From positions 107,818,001-107,882,000 of the forward strand of contig OZ260662.1 of assembly GCA_965285935.1 (NCBI GenBank): 64,000 nt of DNA, given 5' to 3'. Below, piece after piece: positions 25,098 to 39,457 of the stretch. The DNA is from Ophelia neglecta (Eukaryota). How positions within the stretch are numbered: position 1 is the stretch's first letter; each line of letters opens with the position of its first letter. A program made the position numbers and the translations under genes. Under the pieces are notes generated by a model. The model was not told the DNA's origin. It searched no databases and saw only the letters and a program-made list of their open reading frames with translations.

Positions 25098-25449
25098 GTA
25101 GATGTAATAATGTAAGTAGTATGATTATGTATGAACCATATATATATGGCTTAAGCAAAGTAGTTACAAAGTATACACGTTCAGGGATGCTAGACTCAGG
25201 AGTGATATTATAGCCTGTTATCAATTAGCACTTACCAAGGACGACCAGGGATAACCTAGCATATAGTCAATATGATCTGGGGTGTTGACATATCATGAAG
25301 CCGATCTACATAATTTTATATTTAATTGATGATATGATTCCTTTTTGTTTCCGAGGTCCCGGGCAACACAACGGCAGAGTGTCATATCAAAACTTTTAAT
25401 TAGGAGGGTGCATCACAAAACTTGACGGATCCATACAGTTTGGTATAGA

Positions 25450-26110
25450 CAGCAGCACCAAAACCGACGACCGGACGGCTGACTCCGACCCACCAAGCCA
25501 CTGATGCTTGTTCAGTGTAATACGACCCGTCTTTGTATGATCCAATTCTAAGGATAGTGATCTACATACGTGCCTGGCTATTTGACACTTTTGCACTAGT
25601 CTTGCTCTGCGGGAAAACCATTAGAGACACCGAAATTATAAAACCCTAAGGACTCCAACTGACACATGAAGGTACTTGGACCTTGATTTAGTACTTGCCT
25701 TACTGTCCTGATTTGGCCCTGCCATGCGCTTTCCAAATACGAGGCAGCAGGTGGATTTAGTGCCCCGCATATCTCCATTTGTCGAAAAAAGTTCATTCTG
25801 TTCTTTACTAATTCTGACATGAGGCATATAAAACACTTGTAGACCAGTCGCTTTAATGCTACGCCTATTTTAACATTCCGAAAATTTCGACGAGTACATG
25901 TTTCATTCCCGAATGATATGTGACCTCATGGTAGTGGTGAACGATGACATTAAAGTACCCATTGATGTTTTGTATCTTCAGGTAACACAACATTACCCAG
26001 AAGACCGCCAAAAAGAAACATGCCAACTCCAGTCAAGATGTATTGATTAATTCTTTGAAAAAGTCTCGGACAGTTCCCTTTTCTGCCCAGTAATAAGTAA
26101 AATCGAATTA
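25450..26110 (-). mobile_element. BEL/Pao LTR retrotransposon integrase remnant
   Basis: NPPAASYLESAWQGQIRTVRQVL..TFMCQLES resembles the BEL/Pao integrase motif NPPxASHxGGxWERxIRTVR. Confidence 0.6.
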
Positions 26111-26754
26111 AGCTTTGTTTGACTACATGACCAAGTCATTGTTATGTATGCATAAGTATTTACACATAGCTCCATAAAGACAAATTGCCTGAAGTTATCA
26201 AGGAATGGTATGCAGTTCATGGTATCTGAATGTTAACTTGCAATAATACTGTTTATTAATAAATGTTTTCATTTCTCTAAGATACTTCAAGCATATCTTG
26301 ACTAGTTCCATAAGAAGTTCTTAGGTGCATATTCAAAGACCTATAGATATAGTAAAACACAAAATATTTCCCATTATTAAGCATACAAAATAATTCAAAT
26401 ACTTTTACAGAATTGACTTTTATTCGTAGTTAAAACATCTACAAAAAGGAAAAAAATTAGAGGTCAAAAACAATCTTATCCTGCTAATAAAAGCTTTTCC
26501 TAGTTTGCAGACAGACAATAAATGTGTTGTCAAATATTAGATCCCAAATATTGCATCTGTATAGGGAAAAAATCCCTATTTACCTATCAGGAATTCAATA
26601 ACCGCCATAATCAGAATGTATGCTAAACTAACATTTATTGAAATTACCACGCATATATTAAGTCCGACGATGTAATAAAAAGTTGCCTAGTTGTCTAAAT
26701 TAGTGACCCCTTTAAAGTGTAAGAACGTGTTTACTTCACTTTCATGGATCAACA

Positions 26755-29700
26755 TTACTTTGTGATAGATATATGTACAAATATGTTTCCCAACTTAGTA
26801 GATTTTGACTTTGACTTTGTATCAAATCCGCCATGCTCGAGGATTTCTAGAATTTTCTCGGTACCCGCGCAGCATCCCAATGCGTCACTTCCAGGAATAT
26901 TGGCACTGGCACTATAACAGTAGTATAGATCATAAGTATGGTTTATCTGTGCCATGCTATCTCCAACGTGCTTTCTAGGATCGGGATTTACGTCAGCTTC
27001 AACGATACTTAAAAGTCCGCCTGCTTTTAACACCCTGAATATTTCTAAGGTCGCCTTGCTGAGTTTAGGGAAATGGTGAAAGCAATTCATCAAGACAATA
27101 AGGTCAAACTGCTCTGACCAATCAGAAGGCAGGGATAGAGCGTTTCCTACTAGAAAGGTGACATTGCTCAAACCTATGCTGGTGGCAGTGTCCGCGGCCT
27201 CTTTAATTATATCAGGGGATAGGTCTAACCCCGTAAACACACTCTTTGGGTAGCGAGCAGCCAACCAGTGGAGTTGGGTTCCCCGGCTGCATCCAATATC
27301 CAAAACAGTCAATCCAGACACTAAAAAATGAATAGTGCATTAAAGAACGGGAACTATGGATGGAGTCGTAGTGCCGTGAGACCATGAAAAGTAGTAGTCC
27401 GAGAATCTCTGACGTTAAATGGCTAATGGATATGTTCGATTGATGTAGGCCATTTAACGAAAGAGGCTTTCTGCACTATTAACACGTAGAAGTTTGGTTT
27501 TGGGATAGGTGCCTTATGTTAGGGAACGTTTGCTAAGTAAATCCTGTCTTGAGAACTATAAATATCAAACTCGGTCAAATGATAGATGGTTTATGAATTG
27601 ATTAGATCAATGAAACTCATAACCAGATGTGGATGTTTTAGAAAAAGGATTGTTATAATTCTCACGTAAATTCGCAGGAAAGTTAAAATCAATTTTAGAG
27701 GAAACAAAGCTTGTTATTTCCAATGTTTTCCTAATACAGTATAGAGTTAGAAAGCTCATTGGCTGATGGTTTTGTAATAAGGCAGTATTTTTATACATTT
27801 GTCAAGACATTTGTTTTCTAATTGTTATAAAGGCCAAAATGGGGAGTTGAGCCAAAGAAACCAATATAACTCTAAATCTTTCGGAATTACGGTAATGTGA
27901 AGTCTCTTGGGACATTAACAAGCTTTGGCAGCCATGTTTACAGACGACATTGGAGTGAAATTCACACAGCCGTTGGAAAATTGCGCACTACAATTTCTAT
28001 GATGACGGATATTCTTAGAAAAATGTAAATTTCAGAAGCATATATATTAAAGAACAGAACGGCAGGTGCAGAATAGGAGGCACACGCAACATTGAACTGT
28101 AAAAAAAAAACATCAGTCAAAGTGCCGGTAGCAACTACTGTCAAATTTCTACGTGTTTTTTGAAGCCTGTGGTCTCTGACTATATTGGCCCTACATGTAG
28201 GAACATAGGCAGAGATTTTCGGATTAGAAATGTAGGAACTATGGATGGCGGCCTCGCGCATAACTTTTGTCTCAAATATCTCTTTCTGCCATTTTGTCTG
28301 TTGTGCCAAATGGGTTAAATATGGCCAATTGGTATTTAATGCTGTATTGTTGTATACAACTGTGTTTTCATTGTTGTTTTTTATCACTTAGTCAAATTAG
28401 ATATGTAGGCTATATATTATAATCGTTTTGTTTTTAAAGGTGCAAGATAATCAAATACCTTTATGAGGGCTCCCATTGTATGTGTTAACTATCTACCATA
28501 TCCGGCGTAAGGGGGGGGGGGGGGGTCAAAAGGTATAACCGGCGCCTGGCGCCAACAATTACAAATCAACCGTCATCAGGAACAATAAATTTTACCAGAA
28601 TATCAATTTGAAGCCAATATATGCTACCTAGTTTTTCATGAAGTCCTTCTATTTGAGCAATCTTTTCCGGAAGTAATTCGTCCATAGCAGCCGGCCTCGC
28701 CTGCGTCTCCCATGTGTGAAACCAACTGGCTAGGTCATCGTCGTTTAGGCCTGTAACATTGATAATTTTGTTGTTGAAACATTACTTCAAGGTGTTATTA
28801 CAAAACATTAGAAATAAAAACTGTTAAATCATACCATACAAACACATTAAAAAATGTAACGCAATGTCTGGTTGACGTATTAATAATACCTGCTTAATCT
28901 TCAATCTACCGCTTTTTCTTAAAACCAAACCCGCACTTACAGATATTCTCTTACATTAGTTAGGTTTTTTCTTTTAAAACTATACTAGCAAGCACGGTAA
29001 TGATAAACTATAAAAGCGCCGGAACCCTCCGAAGAATGCGAAAACCCTTGGAAAGAGTTTAGATTTTTGGTCGAATTGCGTCAGGATTAATGTTAAATTT
29101 TGTTAGAGAAAATTCCTGAGCGCACCTGATATCGTTTTAGTACGAATTAAAGCAAACTGTACTTTTATCGATGTCTAACTGTGATACAGCCGCGGCCATG
29201 ACACCTGGACATGGCACGCCCTCTGGTAGCGGTGTCACTTACGCTCACTGTTGGTAATCTTAGATGTTTGGCAGCGAGTGCTGCCCTCTGTCATGGCCGC
29301 GGCCTTATCCGAGCAAACATACCCGAGTAAGCATACCCGAGAAAGCATAGTCATTTAGTCCACCTTGCCCCATCCAACCGCGTGATTTTTCAATTCAAAT
29401 TATTTGCCATATTAATATATAATACGAACACTGTTAATTTNNNNNNNNNNNNNNNNNNNNNNNNNNNNNNNNNNNNNNNNNNNNNNNNNNNNNNNNNNNN
29501 NNNNNNNNNNNNNNNNNNNNNNNNNNNNNNNNNNNNNNNNNNNNNNNNNNNNNNNNNNNNNNNNNNNNNNNNNNNNNNNNCTGTTTCTCTCTGTCCCATT
29601 CCGCATCCAAGTTTCCCTGGCCATATTTTGATGGGGACAATTCAAATTAGGGGAGAAGCACTACCTAGCGGACCATCAAGCGTGAAAACGTCCATCAGTT

Positions 29701-31397
29701 TGTCATGGCTGGATAACAAACTGGGAAGTAGACTCGAGTAGACCACCATTTCACATTGGACACCGGCCCAATGGTCAACAGGCAGATTGAACAGGCTAAC
29801 AGTCTCGTCTGCGTTCACTATGCCCCCTGCCGTCATCCACCGTAACCACTTCTCTACATATCTGCAGACAAAATAAATAGCAGAGGCGGTTCAATAGTAT
29901 TCTGAAGATAAATAGGGAAAAACATTAGCGGATTTAAAGTGAAACTAGATTTACATGTAATTGTCGTGGCCATATTTATAGCGAGGAAGGTTTCATTGTG
30001 CCACTGGCAACACTTCGTAAGGCAACAGACAAATAGACCAGCGCATGCCTTTCTGGCTATAATGTAAACTAATCAACAAAAACACATTATACGTACTAAA
30101 TGGAATACAGAGAGGGAACGGTGAAAATTCTAGGAAATTTTCTGCATGTTTTTATAATATTTTGCACACAACACCACATCGATATCGAGAACTATATTCA
30201 CGCCTTACTAGTGGCAGTTTTGGGATGAACATATATGTAACTTATGTGCATTTTAATTGTTACTTTTATTCAACCTGTTATACCAAGTAATTACAATAAA
30301 CCTATTTGACATTTATCATTGCACAACCATTGAAAACCCTACAAAATTCAGACACTAGGGATCAACCTTTTAGTTTCATCGTGATTCGCAAGGGCACGGG
30401 ATCAGGGACCAATAGGGATACCAGGTTTACTACTTAGGTGGTGGGGCTATTTTAGACACTCGGGATCAACCTTCAGTTTCACCGTGATGAGCATGTTCAC
30501 GGGATCAGAGAGTATCAGCCTTTTTCGTCCATACCTCAGTATGGCCGTTTGGTTTTCAACACTTTTATGGTCATATCGTCACAGTGCATACCTGTGACAG
30601 TGGGCTCAATGCCTTCATAAGAAGGCAGCCTCACTGGAGTACCTGTCGTAGATACCAGACAGGGAACCCCACCCAGTCACATTATACTGACACCGTACAC
30701 ACCAGACAAGGAACCCACCCAGTCACATTATACTGACACCGTACACACCAGACAGGGAACCCCTACCCAGTCACATTATACTGACACCGTACACACCAGA
30801 CGAGGAACCCCACCCAGTCACATTATACTGACACCGTACACACCAGACAGGGAACCACACCCAGTCACATTATACTGACACCGTATACACCAGACAGGGA
30901 ACCCCACCCAGTCACATTATACTGACACCGGGTTGACCAGTCCTGATACTACCACTGAAATACCGGGCGCCTGGCAGGGAGCTACCAGTTCCACATTTTA
31001 ACGTCTTTTGTTTGACGCAATTGAGAATTGAACACTAATCTACACGTGCGAGGCGGACACCCTAACCACTCGGTCACGCTTTGGTAGTTCCGTGCTCAGT
31101 ATATCAACTGGTCCGTACTTAGGGATCAAAGAACGAGTCTCTTTAATTTTCTGTGTGTAGGAATTTAGCATTCACAAAAAGTAGGCAGAAAAAGGCGCCC
31201 CTGACAAAAACAGTCACTTACCCTGGTTTACATCCAGCCAGCGAGGCTATATCCTCCGCAGTGGCTGGCTTTCCGAGATCTATCATGATCTTAATCAGCC
31301 CCAGTGTGTGGCCTATCCCTAGCCCGATGGCCAAGTGTCCAGCTCCAACGACAGCCTCCATTCGGCTACGGAATTCTTCAGATTTTGAGGCTGCCAT
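26755..31397 (-). CDS. Rv2258c-like class I SAM-dependent methyltransferase, 353 aa; exons 31397-31222, 29861-29665, 28750-28628, 27320-26755
   Basis: All introns are GT-AG and phase-compatible; 1062 nt open from ATG to TAA. N-terminal winged-helix-like GHTLGL..TAEDIASLAG..YVEKWL; motif I VLDIGCSRG; GLDLS; FDLI..CFHH; VLKAGG. Confidence 0.9.
29189..29303. mobile_element. 115-bp mini-MITE
   Basis: Perfect 15-bp inverted repeat GCCGCGGCCATGACA / TGTCATGGCCGCGGC. Confidence 0.6.
29441..29580. other. Assembly gap
   Basis: Run of N. Confidence 0.99.
30545..31087 (-). mobile_element. tRNA-derived MetaSINE-like SINE with tandemly amplified core
   Basis: Head matches the 24882 copy; core CCGGTGTCAGTATAATGTGACTGGGTGG; six 46-48-bp units at 30654-30930. 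Confidence 0.82.
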
Positions 31398-31782
31398 ATT
31401 TACAGATTTCTCTGAAATACTAACGTTATTTACGTGAGGTGGGTCGACCTATAAACCTATGTGTTCAGTAGACAAAAATATTGGTTCCTGGAGCTGACGA
31501 CTATCAGCGGAATACTTCATATGTATGTTTACTAGGCCGCACGAAGGCGTTGGCCTATATCTGCCGTCTTCAACTGGGCCAGCTATCGTTCCGGCAGCCT
31601 GGGCGAGAGCCTGATTCTAGATGAGTAACGAAGAAAACCTACTTGTGTAGTCACGTGTTTTCATTGAAATGTAGACAGATGTGTAGACTTAAGAGAAGTA
31701 GGCCCATAAAAACACTAAACAATTATAGTGTCTAGTGTAGAGCATGCATGCCTAGACTAGTAGGTGACATGCGCAGACGGGG

Positions 31783-31981
31783 CAGTGGCGGATCCAGGAT
31801 TTTAGGTAGGGGGGGGGGGGGTTCAAAGTTGACAAGGCCAATGTCTGGATTGTCCCTGGTACCAAACCTCTGAAACCAGCTTGCGTAGGTACGGAAATAG
31901 GGCCTGGTCTGGGCCAACTTTTTGGCAAAAGGGGGTGGGGGCCGCGCCCCCTTGCCCCCCCCCCCCCTAAATCCGCCACCG
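31783..31981 (-). mobile_element. MITE, copy 2 of the 16493 family
   Basis: CAGTGGCGGATCC...ATCCGCCACCG termini; internal homology to 16493-16696. Confidence 0.75.
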
Positions 31982-32820
31982 CGGAGGAAAAATCAGATTA
32001 AACTGTACTTGTATGGCTGCTAACACGCTTTGCTATTAACAATCAAACCCCTCGAAAATGCCTGTATTTTATAGACTAAAATGATTCACATGACAGCGCA
32101 GTTTATTTTGTTTGCATATCACCATGGAACAGATATATATCGCCGGCTGCAGCTTTAACCTGAGGGTATTCGGCTTATACCGGTGACAGGGGCTCGAGGG
32201 GCAGGGGTAACTGGCTTGTAGAAAGGCCCTTTGACCTCGGACATTTAATAGGCATTAAACACATTTCTGGAAGCAAAATACCGGGGAAATTTGAGTATTC
32301 AAATACTTACTCAAATTCATTAGAGGAATCAGTCTATGTCTTTGTATTCGAATACATTGAAATATATTCGCATCATGAATACATTCATGGATACATGTGA
32401 AATAAATCGTTCATAAGAAGAGAACATATTGAATGTGAGGTGATGCAATCCATTTAAATTAAGAATAAAGTTTTCTATAATTTCAACACAAATTGTCCAT
32501 GAAAATTAACACTGACATAAAATTGGAAGTTCATTATAAACTAACATGATACAACCGAATTTGTTTATTTGCACTTCAAGTTTGAGGAATGTTTGTAAAA
32601 ATGTGTATTTTTAATAGACCTTATTAATGATAATTTGTATAAATTCTTATTAATTAATTAAGGTATTAATAGAAATTTTCCGGCCTAACATCATTGGCCT
32701 GGATATGTGTACTTGTAACTTGTATAACCTTATACTAGTAAATAGTTTTAACCTTAGGCAGGTGAACCTAGAATAGTGTAATCGGGGGTGGTAAAATACA
32801 TAAATGTTTGGACAAGGTAT

Positions 32821-33183
32821 TGTCACGTGTCCAGCCGGTCCCCTCGACATAGTGGAGTGGCCCTTGCCGGGTACCTGATAGATGCCCATGGAGACTTTTA
32901 CAATGTTATGTCCTCAGTGACCAACGGCTCCTGAAAAAGGCGAGCTAACGAGTTATCATATAAAATCATTTCAAAGACCCGCGTGGCAAATGTCTTAGAA
33001 GTACGCTGGTGATAGGTGTCCCCATCTGGCGGCAGGGCTTTCAGACCATCGGTGTGTATTGACGCTGACTGGACATAATGTGAATTCTTTTGTTATTCGG
33101 ACATTGGATATAAGTTTATGAGTGTCATTAACATATCTTTCGATATGAAACACTTGGGTATCTGACAGCCGCGCAGAAGACAC

Positions 33184-33219
<36 letters not shown>

Positions 33220-33405
33220 TACGAAAGAGAAGCCAGAGTAGAACCAGAGCAGTCAAGAAGTCGAGTCGTATTCTCTCAGCACGGCCCGTATAATCCCAGA
33301 GCCAAGATTTCTGTTTTTGTTTAGGACTCCGGCGTCAGATACTCAACACCGTTACTGAATAAATTATTAACACAAATTTTACCTGTGTTAAGTAGCTTTG
33401 TTACA
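32821..33405 (+). mobile_element. Probable orphan LTR
   Basis: TGTCAC...GTTACA ends, internal (AG)n, AATAAA about 45 nt before the end; no TSD recognised. Confidence 0.4.
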
Positions 33406-36400
33406 TGTTTAGTAGATGAGCCTGAAACAAAGACTTAATAATTAGATTGCAAATTAACTATGGGTGTGATGCCCAGGGTGAGACAGCTGGGTGAGATGGC
33501 AGCTAGAGGACAATTTAATTGAATTAAGAAAAGTATCGGCCACCAGGAGCCTTCCCTACCCTGCTCCTGTCTCCTCAGCAGTCGGATGTGATGATCAGTC
33601 TATAAAACAAACTGCAATTAGCTCTAGAGAGAAACCATAAGGCTACACAGGTCCCATTAATTTTACATCTTCTTGAGGTCGGACAAGTAAGCAAAGATGC
33701 TCTGATTGACTAAGTTGTGTGCAATTGTAATACTGTTCTTTAGTACTGCCTCTGGCCAATTCTCCCAACTTAATGGACAATTTAAACGTTCTGGTCAGTT
33801 GCATAGCAGCAGTACACCGATCATACGATCTAATGCCCACGAAAGCGAGATCCCTGTGTCCAGGTGCATTCTTTGATGTGATACATTCCAGATCTCCTTG
33901 TGAGTTCTTGGAAACCAAACCTGCAAAAACAAAAAAAAGCAATTAAAAATCAGTCAATATGAATGGAAAGTTAACTTGGGTCTTCATTTTAAGCTTTGAT
34001 GAAGATAGCCAATGTAGGTGTATTATCAATACAAATAGTTTATATAAAAGAGAGGTTGTACACACATACATACGGTCGTTTTTGATTGCGGCAATGGAGT
34101 TAAACTATGGGAATAAACACGAATGATACAAGAGAGCTGATAGGGAGTGGTCGACGTGCGAGGTCGAGGTGCGAGGTTAAAACAACGGGAGTGGATACCT
34201 GGCAGTAAATGCAAAATTATAGGTCAAGAATGTCCTTTAAATCGGTGCGACATAACTAGGAACCAGCTGCCACAGAACCCAACACATCACTGAATCGATC
34301 CCCAGCTCCCGAACAGTACATAAACAGCACATTTAAAGTTTATAAACATGCAACAAAATAAAACATTCCCAAACAAAAGTTGATATTATTTACAATGGGA
34401 AGTAGTAAATTGTTTTCCACGATGCGAGTCAGATCACAAAACGGACGAGTCAGAGGTCAAAGTAGTATAGAGATGTAATATGCCCAATATATGCTTTGAT
34501 GGGGTTACCTTTCTCACAACATGTTGCGTCTTAGAAACTATGGACGAAAGATTCATCAGAAATAAGTATCAAGGTATGGGGTGCGGATGCATTCTCTTAT
34601 GGGCACGAACTAAGTTATAAAATCGAATCTCGAACTTGCTTAGATATTGAAATAATAAATAATATCTATATAATAGCATAAGTGGTCTGCATAATACAAT
34701 TCCCATTAGGGGGTATGCATAAAGGTTAGTTTGTTGGTTGTTTGGGGTTTTACGTGGGGAAAGGACACCTTTAAATGGTTATATATTCACTCTCGTCTTT
34801 ACACATTTGTAAGAAGACTTTCTAAATATGTTTGTAATAGCAGTTGCAATTGACTGCAGATCCTGGCTGGTGGTGTGGTCATCATGTATACATGAGGAGT
34901 AAAATGGCTGTTAATCAACATCAAAAAGACCACAAGTGTTTTTTTTTCTAAAATAAAGGTTCTTTTCTAAAGTGGGGCATGTATACAAAGAAAATATGCA
35001 TGCCTGGTTATTAGAGCATGTGTGGCCCTTTCCCCGCGTGTGATTTGAAGTTTACAGCTCGCGTATTTTTCGTAGCTCGTATTCGTATTCGATGCTCCTT
35101 TTTTTGCGTGTGTAAAGAGTAACACGTGTGGTATTTGGAGCACGCGTAGCAAACTGGCATCAATTGCACAGTTAGCCCGTTATAATCAAGCAACACAAAC
35201 AACATAACAATGAAATGGAGCTCGACCCGTGATAATATCGACCCGAGAAAACTATTAACCCCATTTGACCTGTCTCTACACCCCTCTTACCATAGTCCTT
35301 GCCTTATCCATCACACTCTTATCATATAATCCCGATACTATTCCTTAACTCTTTGGATCGCCATCGTTGGCTTTTGATTCAAAGCGGAAGCGCGGAGCCT
35401 TGCGGAGGCACATTTTGAAATTAAAACAGAGAACTAGACCTACTAAACTAACCATTCCCCTACCATGGCCTCCGCGGTGGCATAGCTTCCGCATCTCCGC
35501 GTTTCCATCATATTATGATTGAAATGACTTAGTTATACGAAACTTTTCTATTAGAACCCAGCTGGAACTATGGCAGATCTCCATCTGGTTTATGGTAGAT
35601 ACCAAGGTTTATAGTGCTCAATAGGGCATTGAGACGTATATTTAGCCAATCACACGAGAATGCCCGTAGTTATGATTGATGTTTTTTTCATATAAAAGAT
35701 ATATCATTGAAGTATTATCACCGAAAGCCTGCTTGCTCATGTTTGTATACGGTTCGTGTACCATACATGGACAGCCTGTCAGTGCCCTGGTATAGGTAAA
35801 TCGATTATTAACTACACGTGAAAACATGTACACGAGATGTATGGGTTTGAAGATGGGTTCAAAGGAGAGGATTGAAAGATTCGTCGAAAAGTCCTCTATG
35901 AAATTCATTTATGTCGTCTGTCCTGTTATTATCACGAAATGCGGGCCAGTACTTGGGCAGCCAGCAGTCGTCCATGGAAGAAGGAGCTGGATAAACAGTG
36001 CTGCTTGGCTAACCCAGACCTATTTCATAAACTATGTTTATCTGCAGTTGACTTAATATATTCTCACCATATGTATTAAAAAGGTATTAAGAACTTATAA
36101 TATCCTAATAAAATCCTTATAATTTTAATTAGCATACTTAAAATCCCTGCAGAAGTTGTCCGCACTGCAAATGGCTACAAAATACATTTTGGTACACCTA
36201 AGTTTCTTTGCACGGGAAGTGGATTTTGACCCACTTAAACCTTCTTTCACTTAATGTATTGTTTATGTATTCTCATGTACTATGTTCACATAATACGTTT
36301 CTGTTTTTTTTTCGCAAATCAGATAGCAAAGCCATGTCAATAGGCCACTTTAGTTATACTGAAATATAACCATTAGATTGCTGTTTTCACCACGCTAGTA

Positions 36401-39370
36401 TAAGGAAGCGACTGTGTACTGCCAAGCGAATTCGCCATAGGGCATGCTGATTCCGGAACAAGAGGTAGGGCTGTTAATTAGTATTCAGGAGAAACAGTAC
36501 AGCTTGTAGTTTTTCCAGCTACGGTTCATTTCATTTTTTCTCACGATATGGGCAAAAAATACGTGTTTCAAATTGAGCTTGGAGGATGTTATAACTAACT
36601 GTGTACATATGTGCGCTTAGGTTACCAGTGTTTTCGATACATCAAAACACAAAATGTCGTTAAGTCCGACTTTCCAATAGCCGCGAGTGTCTGCCATGGC
36701 AGGCTCTGGCAGGGTTTTGCTAGGGCGCAAATTGTAATTTTGGATAAGGGTTTTGGTTTGAAAAGCGTGGAAGCGCCCATTTTTGAGCAGTTTAAATAAA
36801 GGGGCATAACATAATATGCAGACCACACACCAGAAACTAAATTCCACCACCCACCCCATCAACTCTACTGCCAAAGTGCAAATGACGATAAGGCTTTCAG
36901 GTTAAAATCAATAACAGCTAGGATTAATGTATTGTAAAGTATTGTCAAGTGGCCTTTCCGTTGACAGGATACTTAAGTAGGCGTTATTAAAGCTAGTTGT
37001 CTGTACAAAGTCGGATCGAGGTGGCTGACATCGCCCGGCTGACGCATGGGGCACTCGTTAGTATATAATTCTAAGTTAGCCAGTTGACAATAGTTTTCAC
37101 CCGTACATTTGTGCGGTATTGTTTTTATTGAAGCATTAGCACTTAAAATTTAGATTTTTGCATCAAAAAGATTTTGCATCTGATATGACGGTAAAAACCG
37201 AAGTAATTCATTACGACCCCTTGGCCAGCAATGTCGTTGACATTAAGCTAGCTCTAGTGCCGCCTACTTAGATTAGACAATTATATCCACAAAAATAAAT
37301 CACGTTTATTTCAAGTACTATATTTAACAACTGAGTCATGATTTCAGAAATTAGATAGTGATAGTGATAACTGACAAAGTCAAAAGCCTTGAAAGAGTAA
37401 AATGTAGGACGAGGGCAAGGAAACGAGGGCCCGGTTATTGTAAACGGTTTTAAAACTCAACTAGGATCAATATCAGGATTGAGGTACGTTGGAATGATAT
37501 TAACTAGGTTTCAGGAAGCTTGGCTTGGTTTTTAACCTAGCCATATTGAATTAATCCTTTTCAATAAGTAAGTTATATAAACACTCAGTAACCAGGTCAC
37601 AACAATATTAAGTTCATAGTAGCCAAACTAAGCTCCCATTTTCGCGGTCTGTATAAAACGGGGACATTATCAGCAAGTAGGATTGCATACATTATATATA
37701 TGTAATCGGGGATGGGATGGGAATGTAGGTGATAGGCTAAGCATTACCCAGTTAGAATCAGCGACTTGGCGACCTAGCCATCAACTCCTACCTGAACACC
37801 TTAAAGGAGGGGCTAGTTAAACTGTTGCCAGACGAATGACATAGTTTTGGATGTTATTAACTTTCACTTTGCCCACTATATGGGCTGCCATTCGTGGTGA
37901 GCTACACCTGTCATACTTTATACAGAATATTTTTACTTGCAACACATTAACATTTTTAATAAACGCCCATTTATCTTTTCCTACTTGAAAGACACGAAGC
38001 AAAAAATCGGCAGCAAGGCTCGGGCAAGTCCTGGGGTTAATTTCAAGGGCAGGGAAAGGTTAGGGGCAGGTTTATATAGGACTTGTGTAGTGTCACAATC
38101 CCGGAATTTACCTCCGCCAGGCCCTGTGCCTCCGCTTTTAATTAAAGGCCCGCACACCTGGCGCCGTGCACGAGTTTCAAGATTAAACGAGCAGGTATAT
38201 TGATAAACATGGATATTGACATACATGAAGTGGGTAAACAATAGTATCTGTCTACTACTTGAAAGTCATGTATATAGGACTCTACCATGGCCAAATTAAA
38301 GAGACCATTGAATGTAAATAGGCCTACATGCTTTTGAAAGTCTAAGCCAAGATATTGTTTTGATGCTTCTTGGCAGAAAGTTATGCAAGGGAGTTATCCA
38401 TGTATCTATCAAATATATCAGAAATGACGTTTACTAGCATTCTAAATGCTTCATCGTAACAAAAACTGTTCAATATCACAAACTTCATAGCTTTTTGCAT
38501 TTACCTTGAACAATCAGATATAACATTGACCTTGAACCATTTTGACAATATCCCTATTGAATGCCAGATGCCTGATTTCTTACGAATTGATACATACATA
38601 ATGTTTTTTCTATGATTCATATCAATAGTTTCGCCTATTGTTGTCTGAGTAAAAGCTTCATATAATGAGTCCACTGGTCACACGTTAGCAGAAACCTTCT
38701 TCTTGAAATTGCTATGAATGCTGATTGCTGAACACATAATAGCTCTGAATAAACCTTGGCTATTAAGGTTTGCAGCATACTTGCCTGCCATATAAAAATG
38801 TTATATACTCGTGCGTTATTGTTGGCGTAAAACCTCATTTTGAGAAGAAAGAAAGATAGGTATGTAAAATATATGACACATTTTTCTGGTGACCTTTACT
38901 GTAGTTAATGACCTTGACACCGAATTATAATAAACAACCACTATTGGATAAATGGTGGTCGTTTGCACATACAACTTCTTAAATAAAGCTAGGTTCTATC
39001 GCAGCCAAATGATTCAGCTATATCGAATGAACTGAAATTGTAAATATGCTGTCCACTTAAATAGAAATCATGCATGTGATTATCTCTTAACGTGTCCTTT
39101 ATACAAGACACTTTATTTCGAGGGAGCGTTTTAATGCTAGACGTAACAGAACAACATCCCTGAAAACAACTAATATTGGCAACGTGTTTCTCAACAATAA
39201 TTAATATTATGCATTTTATCAGCTTGAATACTGGAAAACTGAATAATTGCTCCCGAATACTGGAAAACTGAATAATGATCCTCATTTCATATCAGACATA
39301 TGTAATACTATATTGAGGAAATCTGACCTGTCGGAACATTTTCTAGGCACCAACTACTGAGAATTACGGC

Positions 39371-39457
39371 ATGTTGGAATTCATTATGGCCATTGCGGTG
39401 GCAGTTGTTGTAATGTCACTAGCATGGTGGTTCAAAACCAATGAAGCTAGACGTTCG
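39371..39457 (+). other. Orphan first-exon candidate encoding a signal anchor (MLEFIMAIAVAVVVMSLAWWFKTNEARRS)
   Basis: GGCATG start, hydrophobic stretch followed by basic residues, perfect donor G|GTGAGT; no downstream exon identified. Confidence 0.35.

Noticed and set aside
30654-30930. CRISPR-like regular repeats
   Set aside because: Units are head-to-tail with no unique spacers, lie inside a SINE, and there are no cas genes; the context is eukaryotic.
33643-33942. Minus-strand exon with strong acceptor and VWF start (homeobox-like)
   Set aside because: The sequence after VWF does not match WFQNRR, and no frame resembles a known domain.
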